From NCBI RefSeq assembly GCF_963921235.1, contig NC_086098.1, positions 6,634,001 through 6,698,000 of the forward strand: 64,000 nt of DNA, given 5' to 3'. The notes beneath the pieces are model-generated. The model worked only from the letters and a program-made list of their open reading frames with translations, searched no databases and had not been told where the DNA came from. The translations under genes and the position numbers were made by a program. This stretch comes from Mobula hypostoma. Taxonomy: Eukaryota. Position 1 is the first letter of the stretch. The number at the start of each line of letters is the position of its first letter. Shown here piece by piece: positions 62,928 to 64,000 of this stretch.

Positions 62928-63240
62928 GTGGGCATGTGGCCAAGTGGTTAAGGCATTGGACTAGTGACCTGAAGGTTGTGAGTTCGAGCCCCAGCCGAGG
63001 GAACGTGTTGTGTCCTTGAGCAAGGCACTTAATCACACATTGCTCTGCGACGACACTGGTGCCAAGCAGTATGGGTCCTAATGCCCTTCCCTTGGACAAC
63101 ATTGGTGGCGTGTAGAGGGGAGACTTGCAGCATGGGCAACTGCTGGTCTTCCATACAACCTTGTCCAGGCCTGTGCCCTGGAGAGAGAAGACTTTCCAGG
63201 CGCAGATCTATGGTCTCGCAAGACTAATGGATGCCTTTAA
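62928..63240 (+). mobile_element. tRNA-derived SINE with an RTE-derived tail
   Basis: A box TGGCCAAGTGG (62937-62947), B box GTTCGAGCC (62982-62990) and a central TGTGTCCTTGAGCAAGGCACTTAA. The last 47 nt match the RTE 3' UTR at 58260-58306 (43/47). Confidence 0.88.
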
Positions 63241-63514
63241 TCTGAATATTATACTTCCATCCAGGAACGATGGATAAGGCCCAGTGACCCCCTGGTTATG
63301 TGAATCAGCAAGATAGGAGTTCAAGGCCTAGTGTATGGGGTCCCATATCAGGCAAGTTCAGAGCTTAAGGCCTGGAGTTCTCATCCATCGCCATCAGCGG
63401 GTCCGCATTCAAAGTTATCAGTGAGTTCTGGGTCAATATTGGAGACTGAGGCCTGAAGATTGATCAGAAGTCATAAGCCCGGCACCTGTGAGTCCACTGA
63501 GGAAGTTGAAGCAC

Positions 63515-63825
63515 AATGTGGAGAGGACGTTTCTGATAGTGGCAGAGTCTAGGACCAGAGGGTACAGCCTCAGAATAGAAGGACGCATCTTCAGAACAGA
63601 GATGAGGAGGAATTTCTTTTGCCACAGGGTGGAGAATCTGTGGAACTCATTGCCACAGACGGCCGTGGATCCCCAGTTACTGAAAATATTTATAGTGGAG
63701 TTAGATAGTTTCTTTGTCAAAGGAGAAAACAGGAGAATGGGTCTGATCAGCTACGATGGAATGGTGGAGCAAACTGAGTGGGCTGAATGGCTTAATTCTG
63801 CACCTATGGCTTATGGTCTTATAAG
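63515..63825 (+). mobile_element. CR1 3' fragment
   Basis: SRTRGYSLRI...NFFCHRVENLWNSLP and a CTTATGG tail. Confidence 0.85.
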
Positions 63826-64000
63826 CTATAGGAGCTTATGGCCTTTGTATATTGGTTATGGTCAAAGTCTGCGAACCTGTGCATCCACTGGAGGCTGGGG
63901 ACAGTCTGTAATGGTTTGGAGGACTCTGTATGTGTGTGAGTTGGTTGTGGGAGAGAGGGGCTTGCCTTGCCGTTGCTGTTTGATTGCTTGTTGTGTTCTG

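Noticed and set aside
62931..63000. tRNA gene
   Set aside because: A and B boxes are present, but there is no clean cloverleaf and the sequence continues into a SINE body and RTE tail.
1..64000. Prokaryotic or viral operon-like system
   Set aside because: There is no gene-dense architecture, and every recognisable peptide derives from vertebrate transposable elements.

Overview
This is repeat-dominated vertebrate nuclear DNA, intergenic or deep intronic. The repeat families suggest a cartilaginous fish (ray or shark); that is inference from the repeats alone. I could not identify any host protein-coding exon, rRNA, true tRNA or CRISPR array. Nearly all ORFs in the track are transposon fragments or their antisense shadows. 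The window holds many CR1 LINEs, including one near full-length copy in a three-level nest at 36.9-42.95 kb. It also holds two groups of Rex1/Babar-like LINEs, RTE fragments and RTE-derived non-autonomous elements, tRNA-derived SINEs, and Tc1 and hAT MITEs. There is one Chapaev3-like transposase relic, a Gypsy gag-pro relic with a tRNA-Trp PBS, a solo LTR and a SINE-derived 40-bp minisatellite. The most interesting signal is a family of short Penelope-derived elements carrying a minimal type-I hammerhead ribozyme (CTGACGA...GAAACGTC). Three young copies have an intact core, two of them with clear TSDs, and about ten more are decayed. Penelope hammerheads are a known class, so this is a lineage-specific instance rather than a demonstrated new system. 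Family names come from motif recognition, not database searches. Coordinates are approximate wherever no TSD or TIR is cited.
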